From assembly GCF_009914755.1 (NCBI RefSeq), contig NC_060930.1: DNA of 64,000 nucleotides; one strand, 5' to 3'. This document shows positions 12,036 through 27,119 of this stretch, piece by piece. The notes under the pieces were generated by a model, which did not search any database, was not told the DNA's origin, and was given only the letters and a program-made list of their open reading frames with translations. This DNA comes from the human T2T-CHM13v2.0 reference genome, Homo sapiens. Within the stretch, counting starts at the first letter, position 1; the number at the start of each line of letters is the position of its first letter. Made by a program: the position numbers and the translations under genes.

Positions 12036-13326
12036 ATGTAATTCTTAATTGTGGATAATAATAATAAAAGAGAGGTTGGATAGATGAAAACAGCTACATT
12101 TCATGTTTTACTATCAACCTTTTATTTTTCTCATGCTTCAATACCTAGAAGAGTGGTAAAATATTGCAGTTTGAGTGTCTACTTCTTTATTTTATATCTA
12201 ACATTAGGAAGTGCTAAAGTGTGGAAAACCAGACAATTCTGGAATGCAGAGGGAGGAGAGAAAGCCCCAGTAAGCTACATGCTTCAGACATAGGCACTGA
12301 ATAATAAGGAAACAGAAAGAAATATAGAAACTGAATTGCTAAGGCACTTTTATTGCCACTCCTAAGAAACTCAACATTATCAGCAGTAGTAATGGCCATC
12401 ATTTATACATGTTGATTTTATAAACTTATTTTTTTTAAAGTTCTAAATTGCTCTCTCTCCACTCCCTAAAGCTGGATTAAAACCTATTGCTTCCAAATGC
12501 TGAATTAAGGAAATTCTGTGCCACAATTTTTGCTACAGAAAATTAGTGTGAGCACAGAACGAAGAGCAATCTTATATGCATAGGAGCCTGCTGTTGGAGA
12601 AAGCTCAATAAGAGACATCAGGAGGTTTGGCTTCTTTTCAGAGGACTTAGGAAGTTTTGATACCTAAATGATATAACATAAGACTAACTTTTGAAGTAAG
12701 TGCTAAAACTATTTATATATACTAGACAATTTTCTCAAGATTTGTCCTTTTTGTCTCTTAGACTCTCACTAAAACTCCGTCATCAAGTTGTAATTCACAC
12801 ATGTAGACAAGCCTTCAGCCTCTCCAAACATTTTTAAAATCTGTAAATTCAAGACATTTAAAAAGAAGACACATGATCTCATCTGGACTGCTGCTTGATC
12901 TGGTTTGATATTCTTCAGCACTCTACTTTTTATAACGGGTCAATAGCAGACGGGCTGTAACTGATCTCCTTATTTCAGAGCTGAAAACACAAGGCACTTT
13001 GCGTTGGGTGCAGTTCTATTCTGTTATGCTACTCCCGTTTGTCAGTAGGTAAAAACTTTTCCCATTCCCCAGAAGGCAGTACTTCTATGAATAGTTGCTT
13101 TAGACAAGCATTCATTGTTCAAAGGGTTTGATTCCTCACTGAGCAAAAGCTACAGCATTATAAAGATGCCAGTTTAAATTTTTTTAAGCTTGAATTTTTT
13201 AAAGCTAGAAAGGAACCCTCACTGTTGGGGAAGTCATGAAAGAAAACCCCTTTTCACAAGCCCTGGAACAAGTGGATTAAGAGAGTAAGAGTAAAAGTGC
13301 AAAGACTGGGAACCTGGCTTTATTCC

Positions 13327-13349
13327 AAAAAAAAAAAAAAAAAAAAAAA
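13327..13349. repeat. A23 homopolymer with no attached retroelement
   Basis: Read directly; no Alu or L1 body upstream. Confidence 0.95.
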
Positions 13350-15360
13350 GCCAGAAAAAAGCCACAGTTAGAAGTAATTGAACACTTTGGAAATCCCTTT
13401 GAAGACCTAATGCAGTAGAATTTTTTGAAATGAATAAAAGCTAAATGCATAATAATTTCAGGTAAAAAAATACAAACGAATGTTTGAAGAACAAAATAAT
13501 AAATTTATAAATGTTTAATGCAGCGGGACCAAGCAGTACCAACCTTTGATAATGTATGGTAAGCATTAGCAATGTTGTTACTTGGAAAAGACAAATTAAA
13601 AACCTGGCAATCTTACCTCATGTTGTTTTGTACTTTGTATACTTGGCTTGGTTTATAGTGATGATATTATCTGTACTGATTATACTTGTTCAGTAGAATT
13701 TTGTACACTTGCAAATGGAATTTTTAGACACAAGAAACAAGGTACAAAAATTGCCTAACTACAAAAATTTCCCCCTCTTTTATATTGGGACTAATGATAT
13801 GTTAAACAATCTGATGTATCACTTTAGAAAAACAGTAATGGCAGTTGCATTTACCAGGAAAATGTTACAATAGATTTTAGCTCTCTTAATAGAACATAAA
13901 ATATTAGTTTTTAATATCTTGCTATATGTGGTGTTTTTAAATAAAAAGGCATAGAAATCATTGATATTTGAAGAATGTTGATATAAAATAATCTGTGTGG
14001 AGGATAATGTAGGTTGTGAACTAAAACGGAAAAAGCCCCAAGAGTGTATATCACACTAAAGAAGAGTGTATTTTCTGCTAAATGGAGTATAGAATGTTGT
14101 GCATTTAGTACATAGGACATATGCTTGCAATCCTCCCCTAAATATCCCAGTGGTTTCTTTGTGCAAGTTTTCTTTAGACTCATTTCTCCATCTTGATCTG
14201 TGCTGACTCCACGTGAGGTCAGTCAGAGAATAATGTTAGTCCAACCACTTGTGTGCACACCTGCATACACACATACCAGAAAGTTAATGTTGTTTTACTT
14301 TAAAGCAGTGATTTTACTCTGGACCATGTGTATGTGGCAGAAGGATGATAGTGACTTGTACATAAGCATCTACAGAGGAGGAATAACTGATATGTATGGT
14401 GGAGTTTGACAGAATCCTGGATCAGGAAAAATAACAATCTTAAGGTTGGAGGAGATTTTTAAAATCATCTTGACCAGCTATCCGTTTCATTACATCATTC
14501 CTCACTCTGAGGCTCATTTCTAACTGGTGTTACCTTGGAAGATGACTAATTTTTAGTGCTTGTTTTGAATTTAGTTTGTGGAATGATTTCTCAGCTTGCC
14601 CCATAATATCTACTCTGTACAGAAAAATGTTATCCCTTTTTCTTTGCAAAGTGTGACTATAAAGCAATGAGGCTGTTTTTCTTTTATGAGTCATATCCGG
14701 TCTCTGAAAACAGTTCCTAAATTGGAGTTGCCAAAATATTTCATGTCATGGAAGCATGGTTAGAATAGGCTTATCAAGGTGAATTTTCTGAATGGTATTT
14801 CAGTACTTATTTTTATAGTCTCATAGCTCTATAATCACATGTTGAATGGGATTTTAATACTAAAAAAGAGGATACATAAAAACACATTGTGTCTATTATC
14901 TGCATAGAACAATCGCCTACTTTCTTTATTAATAGATCTTATTTTGTGAAAGCTACACCTTACAAAATTTTATCTTGTTCTCACCTAATTATCTAAACAC
15001 AAGGAATGATCCTGCTCTGAATTAAACCTTTCCATTTAGTGTCAAACTGAACAGATGCAAACTCACTTATGGGGAGCCATCCTTTGGAAATAAACTCTTT
15101 AATTCAAAAAATATCTAATACTAGAATATTCCACAGAATATGAATACCTACTTAAATTCATTTCGAGTACCAAAGAATATTTCAGTAATAACATTTACAT
15201 ACTAAATTAAACTTAATTATACAGCATAAAACATTTATAACCATTAAATACAGAACAATTATTTTGAATTGTTAAGTGCTTCCAACATCATTGACATAAT
15301 ACATTTTTTGAAATAATGATGTAACCATTTAAGTAAATTTTTATATTTTATTCACATTAA

Positions 15361-15700
<340 letters not shown>

Positions 15701-16096
15701 AGCATACTTAACCTTTACAGAGGCATTTTTAGCTGGACATTTACAGCATTTAAAGGATGGAATTCAATTAATAAAAAAGACTTTTTATAACATTGAAACA
15801 GTGAGTTTAAGAGAGTAAATCTGTTGCCATTTTAGTTAGTTTTGACAAAGCAAATATTATAAATGGCCAAATACATAAGCCTGTTATTACACATTAAAAT
15901 GTATCCTATATTTAATGAGCATTAAAATTGAAGTTTACTAGTAATTCCATGGGATATTATTATGAAGTTATAAGAATAGGAGAGAACTTATAGTTTATTT
16001 CTGTCTCATTTTAGGATCTTCCTATTATGGCACATGAATTTTAATCGACTTTATAATGGTGTCATTGAAGCAGAGTCTATGATATTATCATTCTAG

Positions 16097-16477
<381 letters not shown>

Positions 16478-17262
16478 CTCTCAAGATACTTCTTAGGCTC
16501 TGTTCTCTCTGGAGTTGTGTAAATTCTAATAATCATAACATATATTATTATCTTAGAAGTCATTAAGTCTTCTCTTCTTTATTTGTTTTTAGTATTCCTA
16601 GTTTCTCATGGGTATAGTTTTACAAACACTTTCATTCTTTGTATCAGTTTTCATTTCATATTTGCCTTTCCCAAAAATGCATCAAACTGCTTCCTTTTTT
16701 ATTTTCTTGTTTCCCATGGGGTTGGTAAACTCCTTCTTAATACCTTACAGTAGACTTATGCAAAGTCTCATGGAATTTTTAATGCTTTTTATATTTTTTT
16801 CTGATTTTATTTTGTTAAACTGATCTCCACTATGATTCTAAGATCTTTTTCCTCTTAGACTCATGTAGCTGCCCATCTAAGCCTTGTAAGTCCTGTTCTT
16901 CATTCAAGTGGTGTCTAGCTACTTTTCATTGTTAGCATTATTTATACTGTAATTCTTTCCTCTCTGGTGCTAATTACCCAATCACAATAATCATCAGCAA
17001 ACTCAGAAAGCTCTTAATCTCTCCTGTTTTATGTAGAGGGATTCTCCCAGAGTACTTCTTTCCTGAGGAGGCTTAAGAGAAAAACTGAACCAATGCCACT
17101 ACTGACTTACAGAAAACAGAAGCAGAATTACATATTATTTTGTCTTATCTGATCCATACTTTGGAAGTCAATTCGATCTTTACCATTCCCATGGATTGGC
17201 TTAATTAACAATATTTTATTTTATAACTATACCAGGGTTTGTATAGTATATGATACTATTCA

Positions 17263-17400
17263 AAGAAATACCTAATGCAGATGACGGGTTGATGGGTGCA
17301 GCAAAGCACCATGGCACGTATATACCTATGTAGCAAACCTGCATGTTCTGCATGTGTATCTCAGAACTTAAACTGTAATAATGAAAAAAAGAAAAAAATC
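17263..17400 (+). mobile_element. L1PA 3' end (about L1PA7-8), 5'-truncated
   Basis: 'gaaatacctaatgcagatgacgggttgatgggtgcagca...tatacctatgtagcaaacctgca...agaacttaaa' plus A tail. Confidence 0.9.
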
Positions 17401-17404
17401 TGAA

Positions 17405-17950
17405 AATATATATAAAATATTTAAAGCTAGAAAGTAACAAATAGAAATCAAAATAGTAATATAATTATTAAAACTATAGGAAGGAAAAAGATATAGGAAG
17501 TAAATGAGTGAACTAAATCTTTACTCTCTATAGCTGAGAGTCAACCAATGATATTCAAAGTTGATAAACCAAGAAAATATCAGTAAAATCATGTTATTTG
17601 GAGTTATCTATGTAAATAATTGAATGAGAAAACAAACATTTAACCTCTGGAAAACTTGTTTAGGAATGCAAAAGAACAGAGAAGGGAACTTTGCTTTTTG
17701 TTTTATGTCATTCTCTAATATTATGTTTTTTTCCCCATGCATGTGTATCTATTGACATTTTTAGATAAATATGATAGATAGATAAATAGATATATAGATA
17801 ATAGGAAGGGAGGGAGGATAGGATGGAGAGAGGAAAACCTACATACCTAGGGTTTAACACTGCATAGTGAAATTTCAGAAGATTTTTTTCTTCATTATAC
17901 CTTTTTGTATGGCTTGGATATTTTACAATGAGTAGGTAATGTTTTTATAA
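17405..17950 (+). mobile_element. Old L1MC/ME 3' fragments with a (GATA)-rich patch
   Basis: A-rich; 'tcaaagttgataaaccaagaaaata', 'ttttacaatgag'. Approximate. Confidence 0.4.
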
Positions 17951-18395
17951 AAATAAGAGGAAAATAAACTGTTTCCCCTTTGTAAAAAAAGAAAATCTTA
18001 AATTAAAACAAGGATCAACAACAAAACAACAACAAAACAACAAAAAGATCAAAAACAACAAAAAAGTGCCTTCAGTTAAATGATCTCTTTTAATACTGGA
18101 GAGAAAAAGAGTTAAAGTAGCTGGCCTATAATCCATTCACTTACTTTCTGAGGAAACAGAAATGGGGGTGTTGCTGGAATGATGTGGAGCAGGGAATTTG
18201 GTGTAATTTCCTTGTGAAAAGATAATGACTAAACCTCCTCGTAAATGAACTAATAGTATTAGAAGAAAAAGATACCTTATCTATGAAATACTCTTAGCAG
18301 GATGTTCCTGGTTTAAGGTTGCTTATAAAACATCAATCCAGAATCTGTGGATTTATGGAAAATGAGAAATATAAAAGCTGGCTGACAATTTAGGG

Positions 18396-18809
18396 TGTAT
18401 TAGGCCACTCTTGCCTTGCTATAAACACCAGAGGCTGGGTAATTCTTAAGAAAATAGGTTTAATTGGCTCACGGTTCTGTATGTTTTACAGGAAGTATGG
18501 TGCCAACATCTGCTCAGCTTCTGGGGAGGCCTCAGGAAGCTTACAATCATGGCAGAAGGCAAAGGGGGAACAAGCGCATCACATGGCAAAAGCAGGAACA
18601 AGGGAGAGAGTATGGGGGGCACACTTTACAACAATCAGATCTCATGTGAACTCAGAGTGAAAGCTCAGTTATTACCAAGGGAATAGCTCAAGCCATTCAG
18701 GGGCATTCGGGGGCATGATCCAGACACCTCCCACCAGGACCCACCTCCAACACTGGGGATTACATTTCAACATGAGATTTAGGCACAGACAAATATCCTA
18801 ACTCTATCA
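18396..18809 (-). mobile_element. Solo MST LTR (MSTB-like)
   Basis: TGTATTAG...CTATCA termini, 'ggtgccaacatctgctcagcttctggggaggcctcaggaagcttacaatcatggcagaagg', 'tttcaacatgagattt'; near-TSD TAGGG/TGGGG. Confidence 0.92.
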
Positions 18810-21800
18810 TGGGGTATGAAATGTAAATATTTAATAACTTATGCTTCACTGTTTTGTGAGATAGATGAAGGCAATGAAGCATTGCAGGGTCATGGATGGA
18901 TAAAGTTACTGGATCTAGTGAGTACATAAAGTGGGAAGCAAAAAGTTTTATCTTTGGAGACGTAATTTGGTGAAGGATCCTGAAGATGCCACCTATACCC
19001 TGCACACCAGGCAGATGCACCAAAGTATCTCAGCCAATTTCATTGAGATTCAGACTGGCAAGGAGCTTATGGTAAAGTCTTTATAATTGAATTAAAAACT
19101 TAAGTAATTGTTTCTGTTATTTAAACTCACTGGAAAAGCTTCAAAATGAGACAATGATTTGAATGAACCAGCAGTCTCTTGGTTACACTATTAGGGATAA
19201 TAGATATCCCCATCGATCTAGAACTTATAATGGCACAATTGCTACCAAAGTTCACAGGAGAGTTAGTGTAAGGAAATCCAGAACTACTCACATTGGGGTA
19301 GAACAATTACCTCATTTTTGCTAGCTCAGGATTAACCATTAGTGGATAAGTTGCTTGTTCACACTGGCTTTCTGTGATAAAGAACTCATCCTGCACCTAT
19401 TATTAATGTTATTACCATGGTATTCAACCAATAGTCTCATATCTTCATCAGAAACTTGTTACCTATGAGTTTAGTACTGAGACCCAGCCTAGGTCTCCCT
19501 GCTGAGAAGGAGAACTGAATGAGGGGCATAGAGAATATAGTAATGGATCCTGTGGAAAATGATGTGTTTTCTTTGAGCATTCATCACCCCATACTGGCAA
19601 TGTACAAAGAGAATGTGACTGACTTGCAGGTGCATAGTAAAGACAGCAAAGAAAAAAATGAGGGGGCTGATGGCGTCATTAGAGCAAGGAGCTCTTAGAG
19701 TCTTCTCATTCCCATGGGAGAACTTGGCACAAAACCTCTACTTGGAAGTAACTTTTCTTTGGCTCCCAGCACACACACACTGATCTACACTGAAAAAAAT
19801 ACAAACATAAAAGTAGCTCTTATATAGAAAAGTGGGTGGATCTTTAATCAGTTTGATTTGTCCTCTATTCTTGGCTTATTTGTAAGTAGCTTCTATTCAA
19901 ACCATTCTTTATCTTTATCTTTCACCTTAATACACACACATGCATGCATGTGCACACACACGCAAACACACATACACACACCATTCAATTTTCTCCCCAC
20001 CTCAGCCTGCATTAGCTATTCTAGAACTGAATGTCGAAGAAATCTGTTGAGAAAGCTGCTGTGCTAGCCAAAGCAATGAAGAATTATTTTATGTGTATGA
20101 AGAAATATTGTAGCATAGAAAAGTACATCTCAAAATATGTTCTTAGATTGCTACAACACAATACTTTAAACAGTAAAAATGAAAATTCCCTTGCTTCACT
20201 CCACATTTGGGGTAGGGACCAAGAAATCTATATTTTTAGTACATGTTCCATGTGAATTTTAAGAACAATGATTAGTAGAAAGAACACTAGATTAGATGTT
20301 TCTGGAAGAGTTACTAGTGTCACGTCGTAACTCTTCTTCTTCCTGTCTAGGTAGACTTGGCCAAATTATAAAAATATTCTGAGACTTAGTTTCCTTATTG
20401 TAAGATAAGGCAATTAAACTGAATTCCCATGGTGGGGCAGTCAAGGTCGAACTAATAAAATTCACTGTCTAGTTGTTCAGTATGAATGTTTTGAAATGAA
20501 CTAGCCATACAAACAATGCTCTCTTAAGGATTTGCCTTTCAATTTTTCCTCTCCTTGCATGCTCTGAGAAGCCTCCTGTAGCCACAGGAGCAAGAACACT
20601 TGGAAAAAATATGTTTATTGAGAAGATTGCCAATGGTTACAAATTCCTGGCAACTTGCTCAGTTCTCTAAGTAATTGGCCATGTGGCTACTCCATCTAAT
20701 ATGATGGGATGTGACCAGTATGTTAATAAGTACAATATTGTTCTATCTCTTTAAGCTCCAAGTCTGTGAACTTTCTCGGGAATTTATATGCAATTTGAAG
20801 AAATGTGAATTAAAAAAAATTGTTAGCATTTGCTTTGTTTTTCATAACATTTCCTCCTTTGGGATATGTATGTAGACAACAGCTACAAAACTGCTATAGA
20901 TCTATTACTTTGAATTTTTAATTACAAGCTATATGCCTAATATACTTTATTAGAAAGTTTGGTCCTCTATGACATAAATAACAAAATTGATAGGAAATTC
21001 TCAGTGAAAATACTTAACAGTTATGATCCGCAAGATAACAGAAAGGAATAGATTGTTGTCGCAAGATAATGGTTGCTGACTGTGAGATAAGTGTCAAGGC
21101 AAAGTCATTCCAAAGTCTGGCCATTTATCAAAAATGAACATTGAAGAAAAGTAGGATACATTTATCAAGCAACTGTTTTAGTACAAACATTTTATTTTTC
21201 TTTTCCTAGCTAATGTATGATTTAGATGCTGTCATTTCACTTGCCAGGTATTTGTGCAGCTAAATGACTCAGGTCACCACTGCATTGTTTAGAGTTACAC
21301 AACCCTGATTTTTGAGTGGTTATTGTGTTTATCCCAATAACTACCTTATAGTAAGGAAATAGTTAAGAAAGTTAATTGATTGGGCTCTGTTTTAGTTTCT
21401 TTTTTCTTTCTATTTAGAATTTTGCTTATTCTCATCTGTTTCTTTAAAGTGATTTAGTATGGTTCACATTAAAATGCACATTTAATACATTTGTATATCA
21501 ATATAATATTGATATAGGATAGAAATTTAAATAAAAAAGCTAGAACTAAGGGGGATGATAATCAGAATTATTTTATTATAAGCATTATGATTCTAACAAG
21601 TATACTGATTGCTCTACACATCGTCCTCTGTGACAGATGTGGCTTATTTAACCACAAGTATGATATTATCATTTGGTACTGACAGCGCTATTGTCATCCG
21701 AAGCCATTTATTCCTGTCACCACTCATAAATTACTGTAAAAAAGAGGCCACTGTTCTCCTAATTTAACATGTTCTTCCACATTCCAACCATGATGGTGAT

Positions 21801-22184
21801 TTTGTAATCCATTTGTCTTCTTAAAGCAATAGGACCATAGGCCAACTTCCTCAAATGGAAAGCAAGCCCCCAATAATTAGTAAGCTGATAGAGTACATAA
21901 AAATCTTTGTATAACTCATACAAATATATGTACTTTATTTCCAGAACTACTTGGGAAAGGCATTACTTGAGGAATAGACATAGTAAAGATTTTCCTCGTT
22001 CTCCTCCCTGAATATTCAGAGAAACTGTGTGTGGTATACCTCTTCCAGAATCTTGCCTAATTCCTGGATCTTGCACACTCAATTTCTTTCAGTTGTAGGA
22101 GAGGCTGAATTTTTAAAAATGAACATCATGGACCCTAAAATATGGTTTACCTAAAAGCTTTATATTCTTCATTACTTTCTTAAT

Positions 22185-22880
22185 TCATTCATGTGTTCAG
22201 CCAAAACTTATTGAATAGCTGCCATGTGCAGAGTATTGTATATTGTTAAGGTTAAAAAATATAGATCAATAAGGCATGACCTCTCCATTGAGGAATTCCT
22301 AGCTTAAAGGATATTGATATATATGTATACATATATATATATTTATATATTTATTAGGCTATGGATATATAAACTCATTAGGCTATGAATATATATATAT
22401 GAATATATACATATATGTTGTATACGCACGTACTCATGTTTAGGTAATAATAAGTAATCATTACAACTGGGAACATATGTTTGAGGTAGGGTTGAGGGGC
22501 AAGTGAAGAATGTCCAGAAACTTAATACAACTTTAGAATATAAAAGACCTTGTGTACTTTGTCAAGAAGTTTGAATTTTATCCTCTATGAAACAGAAAGA
22601 TTTTTAAACAGAAAACAGAAGTGCTTTAAACATAGGAATGACGGAGTCACACCTGATCGTATCAGAGGCATCATGAAAGCATAAAATATTGGAAGTGGGA
22701 AGTCTTTGCTACACTTTAAATAAGAGTTAGTGGTTGCTTGAAAAAGCAAAGGGGAGTAGAGGTGATGAGAAGGGCATTGAGTATGCAAGAGACCAGATTG
22801 ACAGGTCTTGGTAAATTATTTAGGGATATAAGAGGAAAGAATGACTCAAGGATGACTCTGATGCTTTTAGCTTTTAGCTT
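22185..22880 (-). mobile_element. L2 fragment with embedded (TA)-rich repeat (about 22315-22420)
   Basis: 'ttcattcatg...ttattgaatagctgccatgtgca', 'aagaagtttgaattttatcct', 'tcaaggatgactct'. Confidence 0.65.
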
Positions 22881-22920
22881 GGAAGTATAGAATTGTGGTT
22901 GGAAGTATAGAATTGTGGTT
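22879..22920. repeat. Perfect 20-bp tandem duplication (GGAAGTATAGAATTGTGGTT)x2
   Basis: Read directly. Confidence 0.95.
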
Positions 22921-22994
22921 GTGTTTCTTTTTTAAAAAAGAAAAAAAGAACCAACTTCGTGTGGAGACTATAAAGCTAGTTTTTCTACCTTTTA

Positions 22995-23170
22995 TTTTAT
23001 CAGTATGTCCTTGGGCAATTTCCTCAAATTTTGTGCCTAAATATTCTTACTTATAAAATATGTAATACGTATGTTTATTTCATAGGATTGTTGTGATGAT
23101 TAATGAGTTAGTACATGTAAAGCTCTTAAAATGGTGTCTGGAGTATAATAGGTGTTGAATGAATGTTTCT
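22995..23170 (+). mobile_element. MIR
   Basis: 'ccttgggcaattt...cataggattgttgtgatgattaatgagtta...gtaaagctcttaaaatggtgtctgg'. Confidence 0.8.
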
Positions 23171-24227
23171 TTTTTATTATTACTATAATGTCACTATTAT
23201 CATACATCATTTTTATCATTATAATTATGCATTATCTGAATTAATGAATTCCAACAGAAAAGATGATTTTGAAGAAAATATAATGAATCCAACTTTGGAT
23301 TAATCATTTTAGTCATCCAGATAGAAGTGACAAGTTTGAAATGCAGTTCTGGAAAGAGGGGACAGCTAGTGTATATATTTGGAAATCAACCATGTACAGG
23401 TCATATTTGAGGCCATGAAATAGCTTGGCTTGCCCAAGAGGAAAGTATAAGAAAAGAAAAAAAGACAGTAATATTGAAAAACAAAACAATCCTCCTAGAA
23501 ATAATAATACTTAAGGAATGAGTAGAAGATGGTCCTCGTAGTAGTCTGAAGATCAGAGATATACTAGAAGACCATGCAAAGACGGGTGAGTTAACCAAAA
23601 ATACCCAATATGAAGATGAAGAAAACTGCATTGTCAAATTCTATAATAATAGTATGACTCAGCCTAAAGAATGTTAGTTGGAATTCTACAAATAATTGTT
23701 ATGAATGAAGCAATTAATTTGATAATTGAGACATCATTGGTGACATAGCAAACTATTTTTATCCTTCCTCTTATCGCATTGATTAGCATCTGAATAAATT
23801 GAAAAATAAATGTGAGACTTAAAGCAGTTTAAGTAATGTTAGGTATGAACTTCAGATTTCAGTGGGCTAAGCTGTTACTGGAGAAATGAGGAAAGTTATG
23901 CTTTGGTAAAAATATAATTGTAGATAATATCTTCTCTTAAAATGAGTTATATGCCACCTAAACTTGCTATCCTTCATGCCATTGTGAAAATAGTGTTTGT
24001 AAATTTTGTCCATGGGCTGAGGAAAGAAGCTACCCATATATGGAGAACCTAAGAAAATGAACTGGAGAAAAAAAGAAGTAAAATTGTGAAGTCAGATAAA
24101 CTGTCTGGAAACAAGCATGTTAAAATCCAAAGACTTTTTGTACACAGATAATAACCAATTAAAAATATAAAGAAAATAGGATTCTATTTACAGAAACAAA
24201 TGTAAAATATGATAGTTAAGAATCATT

Positions 24228-24603
<376 letters not shown>

Positions 24604-24783
24604 TCAGATTGCCAAATGAGAAGTTCGGAAAAAATCTTAGTGACAAGATTTTTTAAAATATAGTTAATTTAATTTTAATAAAAATCTCAATAGAATACCT
24701 TTAGGAAATTTAAAAATCAATTTTAAAATTCAGAGAAATGAATAATTTTTGGTAAGATAATTTCAAGGAAGATTAGTAAGTAG

Positions 24784-25113
<330 letters not shown>

Positions 25114-25554
25114 TAACAGAGCAAATTATTAAAACACAGCTAAAAAAACACACAAAATAATTAAAACAGAGATCAAAGAAAAAAATATAATGGGCACAAT
25201 TCATGAATAAATTATAAATTATTCATTATTTTACAAACAATAGTGAATGAATTACAGAATATTTAACTTCCTTAATAATAAAAATATGCAAACAAAAAGC
25301 ACTTGAGAAATATTATCTTACCTTGTTGATGAGCTGATAAGTGAGGAGACACCTATCCTAGTATGTTTGATAAAAATAATTACATACTTAAAATGTTTAC
25401 ATTCTTTGTCCCAGAATTGATATTTCTGTGAAGCTATTTGAACAACATTGAAATACAGAAAAAAGACATTTATTTAAATACATTTATTAAAGCATTATTT
25501 GTAATCACAAAATATTGGGAACCTTATAAATGTCCCACAAAATGAGAAAAGTTA

Positions 25555-25887
<333 letters not shown>

Positions 25888-26985
25888 TTAATTTAATTAA
25901 GTTAGAATTACATGGAAAATCATTATTATAAAATTTTGAATAAAAACTTGAATGTGAAAATATGTATGCAGTTTAACTTACAAACCAGAATGTATATGTA
26001 TATGTATAATATATCCTAGATTCTCTTTCAATCATTTTTCTCTTGGGATCTGAATTATGCATTACTTTGCTAAGGATGCAGTAATCTAAATAGAAACATT
26101 GAAGCATATGTAAGTAGGGGCTTATCAGATAGATGTTAGTCTTCTCGCTTAAATTTAGCATATATATTTAATATTACTGCATGACAAAATAAATATGAGC
26201 ACTCTCAAAATGAGTTGATGAAAAGTGATATTAAAACAATCTCAGTCTATCAAGGTAGCTAATGCATATTGGATAAAAATTCTTTGAAATCTAATTTTGC
26301 ATTTTATGAACAAATTGAAAGTAAAGAAATTTCAGATGTAGTAGAGGACTTTTTAGAATTAGGATGGAATTCTGACAGCAGATGTGTCTGCAGTTGGAAA
26401 TTGACTGCAGGTCAGAGGTGCTGTTCTGCAGCAGCAGTCATTAAAACAGCTCCTGTAAGTGAGGAAGTATGTGGGGCTATCTCTGGGAGCAATTTACCTC
26501 AGATAGGATTTGTTCTAGTTGTCTGGTAAGGGATAGTATGTTCTGGGAGGTAGTTATTATGGAGAGGATAAAGCTGAAAAATATGATGCAAAAATTAAGA
26601 ATTTATAACAATGTTTACACATTTGCCCAGATATAATAACTATTAATTTTCTGCCTCTATTATTCATTCTGATTAATGATCACAGATAAAATAATTCTGG
26701 AAGTAAAAAAATTGGTTTGCCCATGGCAAATCAATTATTTTAAAAATGAAGCTTAAATGTCGTTTTAGTGAAGAGTATAAAGAGCAATGGGCTGCAAATC
26801 TGAATACCTGGAAGCTATGGCAGTTTAACCATTACTACATCAACAAAGGAGCAAGACTCACGGCATTTTTAAAAATTGTCACTAAGATCTCTTCTATCCC
26901 TAAACATCTATGACCAAAATTTTAACAACAGCCAATCAATAATTATATAAATGATAATAGTTAACATTTAAAATTAAAATTTAAG

Positions 26986-27118
26986 TTTTTTTTTCTTTTG
27001 TAGAGACAGGGTTCCACTATGTTACCCAGGCTGGTCTCAAACTCCTGGGCTCAAGCAATGCTCTCATCTCAGCTTCCCAAAGTACTTGGATTATAGGCGT
27101 GAGCCACCACACCCAGCC
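26986..27118 (-). mobile_element. Left Alu monomer (FLAM_C/AluJ) inserted at a MIR end
   Basis: Single arm; flanking 'ataatagttaa' at 26954 and 27121. Confidence 0.85.
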
Positions 27119-27119
27119 C

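Noticed and set aside
13611-13720. Minus-strand donor GAG|GTAAGA with upstream segment
   Set aside because: Stops in all frames from the plausible acceptor and a poor acceptor.
18145-18210. Minus-strand 66-nt exon-like segment (cacaAG ... AAA|GTAAGT)
   Set aside because: Weak AAG acceptor, unrecognised peptides, no partner exons.
18693-18718. CATTCAGGGG-CATTCGGGGG inside the MST LTR as a G-quadruplex
   Set aside because: Only two G-runs; better explained as a 10-bp local duplication.
24034-24043. Isolated CArG box CCATATATGG
   Set aside because: Single motif without a supporting cluster; expected occasionally in AT-rich DNA.
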